From a bacterium (GTDB lineage: Bacteria; UBA10199; 2-02-FULL-44-16; JAAZCA01), in NCBI GenBank assembly GCA_963674695.2, contig CAXXGI010000003.1, positions 544,001 to 608,000 of the forward strand: 64,000 bases of DNA, written 5' to 3'. How positions within the stretch are numbered: the stretch's first letter is position 1; each line of letters begins with the position of its first letter. The position numbers and the translations under genes were made by a program. Positions 40,679 through 49,842 of the stretch are shown here, piece by piece. The notes under the pieces are model-generated. The model had not been told where the DNA came from, did no database searches, and was given only the letters and a program-made list of their open reading frames with translations.

Positions 40679-40870
40679 GGTGACCTCAGTTTCGGGAAGC
40701 GTCGACGAGGCGCCTTCCGGGAATGACAACATGCGGCGCAAATGCTTCGCAGTGCTTGTCCTATCATATTCACCCGATAATATCGAGGGTCTCGCGTTCG
40801 TTCGTCTGGCCTTTTCCCTCATGTTTGAGTAGAGTGGCGTTCATTATAGGGGCAACGAAAGGAGATCGGC

Positions 40871-41914
40871 ATGAAGGAAACATCCTCCGCATTTCCCTCG
40901 CGCATGGGAGGCCTCATTATCATGGCCGCTTGTTTCATCATCATCCTTGCGGGGATGCGCGCGGCAAGTTCCATCATCCTTCCCTTTCTGCTCTCGCTCT
41001 TCATCGCGGTGATCTGCATGCCGCCGTTGAGCTGGCTGCGAGGGCGCGGCGTGCCCAATGGGCTTTCATTGCTCATCGTCCTGATCGGCATCGTGTTGAT
41101 CGGCTTGGCGCTCACGGTCTTCGTGGGAAGTCAGGCAAACGCCTTCTCGAACAACATCGCAACCTATCAGGCGCACCTGATGGAGAAACTCAACGGTCTC
41201 TTCACCTGGCTGTCGGGGCATGGCATCACGGTCTCCACGGATCTGATCGCCAAGCAGCTCGATCCCGGCATGGCCATGCGCATCGTCGCCGAGATGATCT
41301 CAGGGCTCAGCGGTATGCTGACCTACGGATTCATGATTCTGATCACGGTGGTCATCCTGCTCTTCGAGGCGATCGACTTTCCCGCGAAGTTCAAGGCGGC
41401 GTCGCACGATTCGAAACATTCGTCGGCGCAGCTCGGCCAGATCTATGGGAGCGTGAACCGCTATCTCGCGCTCAAGACGCTCATGAGCCTGGCCACGGGC
41501 ATCCCCATCGCTCTTTTCCTCTGGATCGTGGGCGTGGACTTTGCCTTTCTCTGGGGACTGTTGGCCTTTCTCTTCAACTTCATCCCGAACATCGGCTCCA
41601 TCATCGCGGCCATTCCGGCGGTGCTCTTGACCTTCATTCAATACGGACCTGGAACAGCGCTCGTCGTGGCGGCGGGCTACGTGGTGGTCAACATCCTCAT
41701 CGGCGTCGTCTTCGAGCCACGCGTCATGGGGCGCGGTTTGGGACTTTCCACCCTCGTCGTCTTTCTCTCGTTGGTCTTCTGGGGCTGGGTGCTCGGGCCC
41801 GTGGGGATGGTGCTCTCGGTTCCGCTGACGATGATCGTCAAGATCGTTCTTGAAGGATACGACTCGACCCGCGGCGCCGCCATCATGATGGGCCCCGCGA
41901 TTGATGAGGGTTAG
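40871..41914 (+). CDS. AI-2E family transporter
   Basis: Multi-TM protein; FIPNIGS, EPRVMG..LGLS, FWGWVLGPVGMVLSVP. Confidence 0.92.
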   Translation: MKETSSAFPSRMGGLIIMAACFIIILAGMRAASSIILPFLLSLFIAVICMPPLSWLRGRGVPNGLSLLIVLIGIVLIGLALTVFVGSQANAFSNNIATYQAHLMEKLNGLFTWLSGHGITVSTDLIAKQLDPGMAMRIVAEMISGLSGMLTYGFMILITVVILLFEAIDFPAKFKAASHDSKHSSAQLGQIYGSVNRYLALKTLMSLATGIPIALFLWIVGVDFAFLWGLLAFLFNFIPNIGSIIAAIPAVLLTFIQYGPGTALVVAAGYVVVNILIGVVFEPRVMGRGLGLSTLVVFLSLVFWGWVLGPVGMVLSVPLTMIVKIVLEGYDSTRGAAIMMGPAIDEG

Positions 41915-43650
41915 AACGTGCGATAGACGATGGCGTTTTTTTCCTCGAGTGATGCAAGCGCGTCGCGAACCGCATTCGGTGAAGCGCCGATGCGCGCGGC
42001 GATCTCCAAGCTCGTGATCTTTCCCGCGGCAACATCGAAGACATCCCCCTCGATCGTTGAGAGGGGCTGACTCAAGCCCTCCGGATGCAGGAGATCACCC
42101 TCTCGGATAAAGGGCATGAGCGTGCGAACGGGAATGCATTCGCGCCACGCATCTCCCGCGACGCGTCGATAGGCGGGCCGCGCCTCGGCATCATCGAGAT
42201 ACGCTTGTTGCACCAGTGGGGCAATCGACTCCATATCGGGAAAACACTGCGCCAAAAGCGCGAAGTGAAATGCGCCCATCTGAGCGAGCGCGCTGCGGCA
42301 GAGTTCTTGAAAGGCGTCGTCCTGCGCGCGCACGACCTGCATCTGGATGCGGCGCATCTCGAGCACGAAGTGCGATCGATGCCGGATGATCTCGCGGCGG
42401 GACAGATGCGTGCTCTCCGTGACGGCGTTTTCGAAGTTGGCCGTTCGGGTCAGCTCCGGATCGATGATGCGCAGGTCGAAGCGCTCCGGATGCAGGCCAA
42501 TCTCCGTTCCCGGGAAGGGGCTCAGGAAGACGGAGTTGACGTGCAAAAAACCTCGCCCCTTCTCGACCGCTTGCTCCGCAAAGGCGAGATTGGCGGCGAT
42601 GGTCTCTTCCGATTCAAAGGGACCGCCGAAGATGATATTGGTGTGCGTAAAGATACCGAGACGTGCACATCGTTCGATCACATCGAGGGTCTCCTGCAGA
42701 TCGATGTCTTTATGATAGGCGGTAAGGACGCGCGCATCGCCCGATTCGATTCCGATCTGGAGGCTGCGCAGTCCGGCGTCGCGCATCGCGGGGAGCATCT
42801 CCGGATGGCGGGCCAGGCGGTCGATGCGCCCTTCTGCAAACCAGGAAAAATCGCGCCCTCCTCCGATGGCCGTGATGCGCTTGCAGAAATCGAGGAGGCG
42901 CACGCGATCGAGGGTGAAGGTGTCGTCCACCATCTTGACGGTGCTGCCGCCAAGGGTCGAGCGCGCGAGCTCGATGTCGCGGATGACGCCGTCGACCCGG
43001 CGATAGCGCACGCGCGGGGAGAGCAGCGGTGCCGCACAAAAAGCGCACCGATACGGACAACCCCGCCCCATGACCGCAAGCGGAACGTAGCCCAATTCGT
43101 TCATCCCCTCGATGAGGGTGAAATCGGGCGAGGGAAGATCGTCGAGCGAGATGAGGTCGGCCGGTTCGGTGAACGAAAGCCCCCGCCCCTGGCGATGCAC
43201 GATGCCGTGGACCTCGGCCAGGTTCTTGGCGCCCATCAGCTCCCGCAGCGGAATCTCTCCGTCTCCGCGAACGATTGCGTCCGGATCGATTGCGGCGAAG
43301 ACACCCTCTCCGTCGATGGTCGCATGCGGGCCGCCGCAGACGATGCGGCTTTGAGGCGAGTGGCTTCGAACGAACTGCGCCAGCCGCGCAACGGTGAAGA
43401 GGCTATCGGTCATGACATTGAATCCGACCCATCGGGGTCTCATCTCGGCCAGATAATCCGCAAACCACGGGAGCGAGAACATGGGATGCCGGGTGTCGAG
43501 GACGCGCACGCGAACGCCTTCACGCTGTAGGAACGACGCCATCGTGACCAGGCCCAGCGGCGGAAGGAGCATGCTCTGCCCCAGTGGCGAGATGCCCGCC
43601 TCGGCATAGACGAGCAACAGATCGAGTGTCGTGGAAGGCATGGCCGGCAT
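41911..43650 (-). CDS. Cobalamin-binding radical SAM protein with a C-terminal wHTH/RRE-like extension
   Basis: PPLGL, GGPHAT, GDGE, RGCPYRCAFC, DDTF, GIESG, PFPGT. Confidence 0.9.
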   Translation of the reverse strand: MPAMPSTTLDLLLVYAEAGISPLGQSMLLPPLGLVTMASFLQREGVRVRVLDTRHPMFSLPWFADYLAEMRPRWVGFNVMTDSLFTVARLAQFVRSHSPQSRIVCGGPHATIDGEGVFAAIDPDAIVRGDGEIPLRELMGAKNLAEVHGIVHRQGRGLSFTEPADLISLDDLPSPDFTLIEGMNELGYVPLAVMGRGCPYRCAFCAAPLLSPRVRYRRVDGVIRDIELARSTLGGSTVKMVDDTFTLDRVRLLDFCKRITAIGGGRDFSWFAEGRIDRLARHPEMLPAMRDAGLRSLQIGIESGDARVLTAYHKDIDLQETLDVIERCARLGIFTHTNIIFGGPFESEETIAANLAFAEQAVEKGRGFLHVNSVFLSPFPGTEIGLHPERFDLRIIDPELTRTANFENAVTESTHLSRREIIRHRSHFVLEMRRIQMQVVRAQDDAFQELCRSALAQMGAFHFALLAQCFPDMESIAPLVQQAYLDDAEARPAYRRVAGDAWRECIPVRTLMPFIREGDLLHPEGLSQPLSTIEGDVFDVAAGKITSLEIAARIGASPNAVRDALASLEEKNAIVYRTF

Positions 43651-43729
43651 CCTATCATCGCGATGCCCAAATGACCAGAGGGTGCGTCGGAACTGATAGC
43701 ATCAAAAAACGGCACCCGATGGGTGCCGT

Positions 43730-43874
43730 CAGACTGCTGACAAAGTCACTTCATGTTATCATTGTCCATAATCGAAGTTTGTCATTCCCGCGAAGGCGGG
43801 AATCTCGCTATTAACGGCACGTCGAGATCCCCGCTTTCGCGGGGATGACAACAGCAGGGTTTGTCATAAAACAC
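43730..43874. mobile_element. MITE-like insert with a REP doublet, flanked by a duplicated 23-bp hairpin
   Basis: Direct repeats aaacggcacccgatgggtgccgt at 43707-43729 and 43875-43897; ends CAGACTGCTGACAAA / TTTGTCA. Confidence 0.75.
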
Positions 43875-43900
43875 AAACGGCACCCGATGGGTGCCGTTTT
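43875..43900 (-). terminator. Terminator hairpin after tRNA-Gly
   Basis: aaacggcaccc-gat-gggtgccgttt immediately 3' of the CCA end. Confidence 0.75.
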
Positions 43901-43904
43901 CGTT

Positions 43905-43979
43905 TGGAGCGGGAGAAGGGATTCGAACCCTCGACAACCACGTTGGCAACGTGGAGCTCTACCACTGAGCTACTCCCGC
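43905..43979 (-). tRNA. tRNA-Gly (GCC)
   Basis: GCGGGAGTAGCTCAGTGGTAGAGC...TTGCCAA...GGGTTCGAATCCC...CCCGCTCCA cloverleaf; follows pgsA. Confidence 0.97.
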
Positions 43980-44020
43980 GATTTTTGCGGGGGGCGAAGT
44001 AGCATCGCCTTCCCCCCTTG

Positions 44021-44617
44021 TCAAGTGCTTGCATCCTCGCGCACGACGGCCCGGAAAAAACCGATGGTATAGTGCAACCCCGAGGCCATGGAGAAGAAAA
44101 ATCCCGGGATCATGAGCGCCCACCCGATCATTCGCCAGTTGATGCCGAAGAAGGGGTAATGCAGGAGAAGCCCTACTAACGCGCTCGAGACGAAGGCGGA
44201 TTTATATTTTCCCCAGGTGGAGGCAGCGATCACGACCCCTTCATCCACGGCGACTCCGCGCAGGGCCGTCACGATCACCTCGCGAACGAAGAAGATCGAG
44301 ACCAACCAGGCCGGAATGCGGCCCAGGGGGATCATCATGATCATGGCGACGAGAAAGAGCGTCTTGTCGGCCAGCGGGTCGATGAATTTGCCGAAGGTGC
44401 TGGTGAGCCCCTTCTTTCGGGCCAGATAGCCGTCCACCAGATCCGAGAGCATGGCCGTGAGAAAGATGAGCATGCTGATGAAAGAGAGCGTTTGGTTCTC
44501 TCGCACATTCGGATTGTCATCGTCGAGAAATAGCATGACGATGATGATGATCGGCACCGCTGCCAGGCGGCCGATCGTGATCCAGTTGGGCAGATTAAGA
44601 AAGGCCTTGCGTGGCAC
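44021..44617 (-). CDS. pgsA: CDP-diacylglycerol--glycerol-3-phosphate 3-phosphatidyltransferase
   Basis: NLPNWIT, D..DGYLAR....TSTFGKFIDPLADK, GKYK. Confidence 0.94.
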   Translation of the reverse strand: MPRKAFLNLPNWITIGRLAAVPIIIIVMLFLDDDNPNVRENQTLSFISMLIFLTAMLSDLVDGYLARKKGLTSTFGKFIDPLADKTLFLVAMIMMIPLGRIPAWLVSIFFVREVIVTALRGVAVDEGVVIAASTWGKYKSAFVSSALVGLLLHYPFFGINWRMIGWALMIPGFFFSMASGLHYTIGFFRAVVREDAST

Positions 44618-44717
44618 ATGAACCCCCGTTCGCGTATCGTTGGCCCGTTTTGCCGTCCCTGCCCCCCTTTGTCAAAGAGATTGTCCTTCCGAGGGTTCTT
44701 TGTTAACGCTCTGAGCG

Positions 44718-46307
44718 ATGGAATACACCTCCGATTATCTCGTGATCGGCAGCGGCATCGCCGGCCTCACCTTCGCCCTCACGGCAGCCGAGCACGGCTC
44801 CGTGGCGTTGGTGACCAAACGCGAGCTCGAGGAGTCGGCCACGCGGTATGCGCAGGGCGGCATCGCTGCTGTGGTGAGCGAGGCCGATACGTTCGAGAGC
44901 CATATCGAGGATACGCTTCGCGCGGGAGCGGGCCTTTGCCACGAGGGCATCGTGCGAACGATCGTCAGCGAAGGACCCGCGCATGTGCGCCATCTCATCG
45001 AATGGGGGGTCAGCTTCACCGGCGGCGAAAAATGGCCGTTCGATCTGACAAAGGAAGGTGGGCATAGCCATCGGCGTGTCTTGCACGCCGGTGATTGCAC
45101 CGGTCATGAGATCGAACGCGCGCTCGTGAAAGCACTCGTCGATCACCCGAATGTGGAGATCTTCGAGGACCACATCGCCATCAACCTGATCACGGCAGCG
45201 GATGTGAATCCCTCCGGGACGGAACGCAATCGCTGCATCGGTGCCTATGTCCTCGACATCAATGGGTGCCAGGTGCAGACGTTTCGTGCGGCGAACGTGG
45301 TGCTGGCTACCGGCGGAGCCGGAAAGGTCTATCTCTATACCTCCAATCCCGACATCGCCTCCGGCGACGGCATCGCCATGGCCTACCGCGCCGGCGCGCG
45401 CGTGGGAAATCTGGAGTTCGTGCAGTTCCATCCGACCTGTCTCTTTCACCCGAAGGCGAAGTCCTTTCTCCTCTCCGAGGCGATGCGCGGCGAGGGCGGA
45501 AAACTCCTGCTCCGCGACGGCACGCCCTTCATGCATCGGTATGACGCGCGAGGAGAGCTGGCTACGCGCGACATCGTCGCCCGCGCCATCGATGCCGAGC
45601 TCAAACGTACGGGCGACGAATACGTCCTGCTCGACGTGCGACACCTGGGCAAAGACTATCTCCAGAAACGTTTCCCGACGCTCCTGGAACGCTGCCTCGA
45701 ATTCGGCATCGACATCGTGCACGAACCGATTCCGGTCGTCCCGGCGGCCCACTATTTCTGCGGGGGGGTCTGCTGCGATATCGACGGACGCACGGATCTT
45801 GCCGGGCTCTTCGTCTGCGGAGAGACGGCCTTCACCGGCCTGCATGGGGCCAATCGCCTCGCCTCAAATTCTCTGCTCGAAGCGGTGGTCCTGGCCACGC
45901 GCGCAGCGAAGGCAGCGCGTTCGAATCCCCCGCCGGCACCGGAGACGATCGCCATCCCCGACTGGGATCCGGGGCGCGCAACCGATTCGGATGAAGAGGT
46001 CGTGATCACGCAAAACTGGGACGAGATCCGCCGCACCATGTGGAACTATGTCGGCATCGTCCGTTCCGACAAGCGCTTGAGCCGCGCCCTGCGCCGTATC
46101 CAGCTTTTGCAGGAGGAGATCCGCGAATACTACTGGAACGTCACCATCACCTCGAACCTCGTCGAACTGCGCAACATCGCGCTCGTCGCCGAACTCACCA
46201 TCCGCAGCGCACTCGCCCGCAAAGAAAGCCGAGGCCTGCACTACACCATCGATTATCCTGATGCCGATGAGAACTACCTCAAAGATACGTTGTTGAAGAA
46301 ATCATGA
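44718..46307 (+). CDS. nadB: L-aspartate oxidase
   Basis: [43 protein letters not shown]. Confidence 0.97.
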   Translation: MEYTSDYLVIGSGIAGLTFALTAAEHGSVALVTKRELEESATRYAQGGIAAVVSEADTFESHIEDTLRAGAGLCHEGIVRTIVSEGPAHVRHLIEWGVSFTGGEKWPFDLTKEGGHSHRRVLHAGDCTGHEIERALVKALVDHPNVEIFEDHIAINLITAADVNPSGTERNRCIGAYVLDINGCQVQTFRAANVVLATGGAGKVYLYTSNPDIASGDGIAMAYRAGARVGNLEFVQFHPTCLFHPKAKSFLLSEAMRGEGGKLLLRDGTPFMHRYDARGELATRDIVARAIDAELKRTGDEYVLLDVRHLGKDYLQKRFPTLLERCLEFGIDIVHEPIPVVPAAHYFCGGVCCDIDGRTDLAGLFVCGETAFTGLHGANRLASNSLLEAVVLATRAAKAARSNPPPAPETIAIPDWDPGRATDSDEEVVITQNWDEIRRTMWNYVGIVRSDKRLSRALRRIQLLQEEIREYYWNVTITSNLVELRNIALVAELTIRSALARKESRGLHYTIDYPDADENYLKDTLLKKS

Positions 46308-46392
46308 GATGTATCTGAGGGCTCAGAATTGTCATTCCAACGTAACTATTCAGGTGCTTCACCTATCAAGTGGATAACGACCTGTTTAAGCT

Positions 46393-46478
46393 GTCATCCT
46401 GAGCGAGTCCGGGACGGACGAGTCGAAGGATCTCATGAGATCCCTCGACTGCGCCCTCCGGGCTTCGCTCGGGATGAC
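46393..46478. repeat. Second-class REP-like element
   Basis: gtcatcctgagcgagtccgggacggacgagtcgaaggatctcatgagatccc...cgggatgac. Confidence 0.8.
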
Positions 46479-46619
46479 AAATACAGTGGTCGGGTACCTG
46501 AATAGTAACATTCCGACCAAACGAATCCTTCGACTCGCCAATGCTCGCTCAGGACAGCTTCCAATGAGTACGTAGAGGACTCTCTCGATGCGCCGCGAGC
46601 GAAGCGCGCCCAACAACAT

Positions 46620-46769
46620 GTGACATCGTCCGGCAGAGTGTTATTCGGGGATCTCTTCTTTCATCACGATCCAAGCCTCTGATGATGTGATGAAAGAAGA
46701 AAAAGCCGTCGAGGCGGCGTTTGAGCCGAGACGGCGGTCCCTGAATAACACTCTGCCGGACGATGTCAC
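46620..46769. other. 150-nt branched palindromic element (27-bp perfect terminal inverted repeat with two inner hairpins)
   Basis: 46620-46646 is the exact reverse complement of 46743-46769; inner stems tcttctttcatcac/gtgatgaaagaaga and gccgtc/gacggc. Confidence 0.75.
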
Positions 46770-46774
46770 GAACA

Positions 46775-47353
46775 CTACCGGTATCCGCTCTTCACTTTTT
46801 TCCAGTGTACGGTTGAATCGCCGACGATGCTGTGGGCGGTGAGCCAGAACTGGTCGCCGAGATCGATACGGGGAAAAGTGACGCGGTAGGCTTTCGACCA
46901 TCGGTCGAGGTGTGGGTAGAGGACATTCTCGAGGGGGCCGGGCGGAATCTTTTCGATTTCGATTGGGCGAACCTCTCGCCCGCTTGCGGTGGTGAGATAG
47001 ACCTTCCAGAATGACTCGGGGTCGATCGAAAAGTCGCGGTAATTCTTTTTCGTGTAGATCGAGATGAAGAATTCAATCCCCTTGCTGCGTTCGAATTCCT
47101 GTTCGTCATGAAACCGCTGTTCCTCCTCAGGCGTCAGTCGATACATCTTCACATAGCGTTTTTCGAGCGCCTCGCGAAAGCGGTCGCTGTAATAGGTGGC
47201 ATGCCAGATGATGTCGGCATCCATGTAATCGGTGTTATAGAGCTGGCCCTTCTTGGTCGCGCGACGAAGTTCGCCCCGATATCCCGCCCAGGCCGGCATG
47301 CTGGCGACGAGAACAGCGAGCGTCAGGAACAGGAGGGTGAAACGTTTTCCCAT
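46775..47353 (-). CDS. Exported hypothetical protein (192 aa)
   Basis: Sec signal peptide ending AWA; overlaps the upstream hydrolase-fold gene. Confidence 0.8.
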   Translation of the reverse strand: MGKRFTLLFLTLAVLVASMPAWAGYRGELRRATKKGQLYNTDYMDADIIWHATYYSDRFREALEKRYVKMYRLTPEEEQRFHDEQEFERSKGIEFFISIYTKKNYRDFSIDPESFWKVYLTTASGREVRPIEIEKIPPGPLENVLYPHLDRWSKAYRVTFPRIDLGDQFWLTAHSIVGDSTVHWKKVKSGYR

Positions 47354-48243
47354 AGCGGATTCCTTCTTTCCAAATCGAGTTGCCGGCGCTCCAGCGGAGC
47401 GTCCGCATGTTCGACCACCCAGTGCAGGATTTCAGCGATGACCTCCTGCCGACCCGATTCATGCAATAGATCGTGTCGCATGTTGGGGTAGATGCGTTCA
47501 TGGCCATCGATGGTGGACAGCCGCGTGACGAATTGCCTGGTCCCTTGCGGTGCGCAGATCGAATCGCGTCCACCGGCGAGCATGAGGGTCGGAAGATGAA
47601 GGCGATGCGGCATGCCCATCACCAACTCGAGCATGCGCTCGATCTCATTCCAGGTGCCGAGCGAAACGCGACGATGAGCGAAGGCATCGCTTTCAAGTGC
47701 GCGTTGTTCATCGAGATCAGCCGTCATATCGGTGGGCCGCACACGGGTGTCGACCGAGAGCTTCGGCAAGAGGCTTGCCAGTTTTGTCCCAAAGCGCCGC
47801 CGCCACGCGGGAAGGCGTATGCCCGACTCGACGAGCATGTTCAGGCCGACAAATCCGCCGACGGTCTTCTCATGCGTGAGCAGAAAGTTGATGCCGATGA
47901 GCGCGCCCAGCCCTACGCCAACGAGAAAGAGCGGCACATCGCGATTTAGCGCTGTCTGTGAAAAATGAACGAATCCCGCGACGTCCTCGACCCAATCGGA
48001 GAATCGATTCACATGCCCACGTCGCCCCGCGCTTCGCCCATGACCGCGCTGATCGAACAGCGCGACGGCAAACCGCTCATTGACGAGTGCATTCGTGAAC
48101 GCGCTGTAGCGTCCGATGTGATCGCCCAGATCATGGACGAGAACCACGAGCGCCCGCGCATCCTTGGGCATCCAGTGCTGGTAGAAATGAACGCGCCCGC
48201 CCGGCAACTGCGCGTATTTGATGGTGACATCGACATTCGACAT
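47323..48243 (-). CDS. Alpha/beta hydrolase-fold protein (lysophospholipase-like) lacking the catalytic Ser
   Basis: DQRGHGRS motif; the nucleophile elbow reads GVGLG; Asp (RDS) and His (RHD) are retained. Confidence 0.85.
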   Translation of the reverse strand: MSNVDVTIKYAQLPGGRVHFYQHWMPKDARALVVLVHDLGDHIGRYSAFTNALVNERFAVALFDQRGHGRSAGRRGHVNRFSDWVEDVAGFVHFSQTALNRDVPLFLVGVGLGALIGINFLLTHEKTVGGFVGLNMLVESGIRLPAWRRRFGTKLASLLPKLSVDTRVRPTDMTADLDEQRALESDAFAHRRVSLGTWNEIERMLELVMGMPHRLHLPTLMLAGGRDSICAPQGTRQFVTRLSTIDGHERIYPNMRHDLLHESGRQEVIAEILHWVVEHADAPLERRQLDLERRNPLWENVSPSCS

Positions 48244-48326
48244 GATTGATCTTGGATAGGCGATTTGCGACGGAAATGCAATACCCGCAAGAAGGACGAT
48301 GGGGGTTGATGACAAACCCTAGTTTT

Positions 48327-48400
48327 GTCATCCCCGCGAAAGCGGGGATCTCGATGGACCGTGATAATCGAGATTCCCGCTTACCCCATGCGGGAATGAC
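48327..48400. repeat. REP-like palindrome doublet
   Basis: gtcatccccgcgaaagcggggatctc...gagattcccgcttaccccatgcgggaatgac. Confidence 0.85.
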
Positions 48401-48442
48401 GGCGTGAGAAGACCCAAAGGGATCGGTCGTCCCTCGGACGAT

Positions 48443-49510
48443 TCAGCTCTTTTCAAACTCTTCGAGCAGTTTTCGCTGTTTTTTGGAGAGCTTCTTCGGT
48501 GTCGTGATACGAATGCGCACGAGCTGATCGCCGGTGCGCCAATGGCGGTGGACGTTGGCCAGGCCCTTCCCCTTCAGGCGCAGCACCTCGCCGTGATCGG
48601 TTCCGGCGGGGATGGTGAGTTCGGCCTCTCCGTCGAGCGTGGGGACCGTGATCGTTGTGCCGAGTATCGCCTGGGGAAAGGTGATCGGAATCTCACAGGT
48701 GAGGTCATCGCCTTCGCGCCCGAAGAAGTCATGCGGTTCGACCGAGATGAAGACGTAGAGGTCGCCTGGAGGGCCACCGTTTTCGCCCCCCTCCCCTTCG
48801 CCGCGCAACACCAATCGCATGCCGTTCTCGACGCCCGCCGGCACCTTGACCGTGAGTTTGCGCGTGCTGCGGACACGGCCCTGACCGCGACAGTCTTCGC
48901 ACGGTGTTTCGATGAAGGATCCTTGGCCGCGACAGCGCGGACAGGCGGTCTGCATGACGAAGAAGCCCTGTTGTTGCGTGATGCTGCCGCTGCCCCCGCA
49001 GGCCTGGCAGACGCGGCGCTCGGTCCCGGGCTGTTGCCCCAAACCGCTGCAGGTGTCGCAGCGAACCTGTCGGGTGAGGCTGATTTCGCGTTCGATCCCT
49101 TTGGCCGCTTCGACGAACGAAACCGTCAGATCGAAGCGCAGATCGGCGCCGGCGCGGACACGTTGCCCGCCGGAACGACCCGTGCGCGCTCCAAATCCGC
49201 CCATGCCGCCGAAGAACTCCTCGAAGATCGAACCCATCGAGCCGAAGATGTCCTCGACGTTGTTGATGCCATGAAAACCCGCCCCTTCGAGGCCGGCATG
49301 GCCATAGGAGTCGTAGAGTTGGCGGCGCTGTGGATCCGAGAGCACCTCATAGGCCTCCGAGGCCTCTTTAAACTTCTCCTCGGATTCGCTGCAATTGTTG
49401 GTCCGGTCGGGGTGATACTGCAGGGCCAGGCGCCGATAGGCCTTCTTGATCGCCTGGGTATCCGCGCTTCGCTCGAGCTCGAGAACCTCGTAATAGTCCC
49501 GCTTGATCAT
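48443..49510 (-). CDS. dnaJ: Chaperone DnaJ
   Basis: J domain HPD, G/F region, four CxxCxGxG repeats. Confidence 0.97.
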   Translation of the reverse strand: MIKRDYYEVLELERSADTQAIKKAYRRLALQYHPDRTNNCSESEEKFKEASEAYEVLSDPQRRQLYDSYGHAGLEGAGFHGINNVEDIFGSMGSIFEEFFGGMGGFGARTGRSGGQRVRAGADLRFDLTVSFVEAAKGIEREISLTRQVRCDTCSGLGQQPGTERRVCQACGGSGSITQQQGFFVMQTACPRCRGQGSFIETPCEDCRGQGRVRSTRKLTVKVPAGVENGMRLVLRGEGEGGENGGPPGDLYVFISVEPHDFFGREGDDLTCEIPITFPQAILGTTITVPTLDGEAELTIPAGTDHGEVLRLKGKGLANVHRHWRTGDQLVRIRITTPKKLSKKQRKLLEEFEKS

Positions 49511-49535
49511 CGTCCATGACTCCGCTTCATAATAG

Positions 49536-49665
49536 GGGCACCTCTAAAAACTGCAGTCTGTTTGTCGCCTTCCGGGGAAATCAGGTGCATCTTCACAGAT
49601 GAAGCTTGTTCCAGACGCACCTGATTTCCCCTCGCGGCGACGCGTAGAGGTTTTGAGAGATGCCC
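49536..49665. mobile_element. MITE with GGGCACCTCTAAAAAC-type TIRs in the dnaJ leader
   Basis: Left end gggcacctctaaaaac, right end gttttgagagatgccc; internal stem ggggaaatcaggtgc/gcacctgatttcccc; flanks ATAG/ATAA. Confidence 0.75.
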
Positions 49666-49685
49666 ATAAACCTCTGCGCCCCATG

Positions 49686-49714
49686 ATATGGGGGCATCCC
49701 CCCCTCAAAGCAAG
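49686..49714 (-). promoter_or_regulatory. sigma32 (RpoH)-type promoter of dnaJ
   Basis: CTTGCT-N15-CCCCATAT, parallel to the motif upstream of dnaK. Confidence 0.7.
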
Positions 49715-49842
49715 GGGGTCGCTCGTTTTGCAGAAACCACGTGGAATTGCAAGCATTGGCGGGAGAGACCGTTCAGAAAAAAGACCAAAGCCCGCGCTGT
49801 GGCGCGAGCTTTGGTCTCCTTGTAGTGCCACCCTTTTAGGCC

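Noticed and set aside
40774-40781. CCGATAAT upstream of the AI-2E transporter as a seventh sigma28-like promoter
   Set aside because: There is no CAAC at 15-17 nt spacing, so only the -10 half is present.
38060-43979. Integrative island at tRNA-Gly
   Set aside because: I found no integrase and no duplicated tRNA 3' end near rpsA. The only duplication is the local terminator hairpin.
46620-46769. Retron msr-msd RNA
   Set aside because: The long terminal inverted repeat fits, but there is no reverse transcriptase gene in the vicinity.
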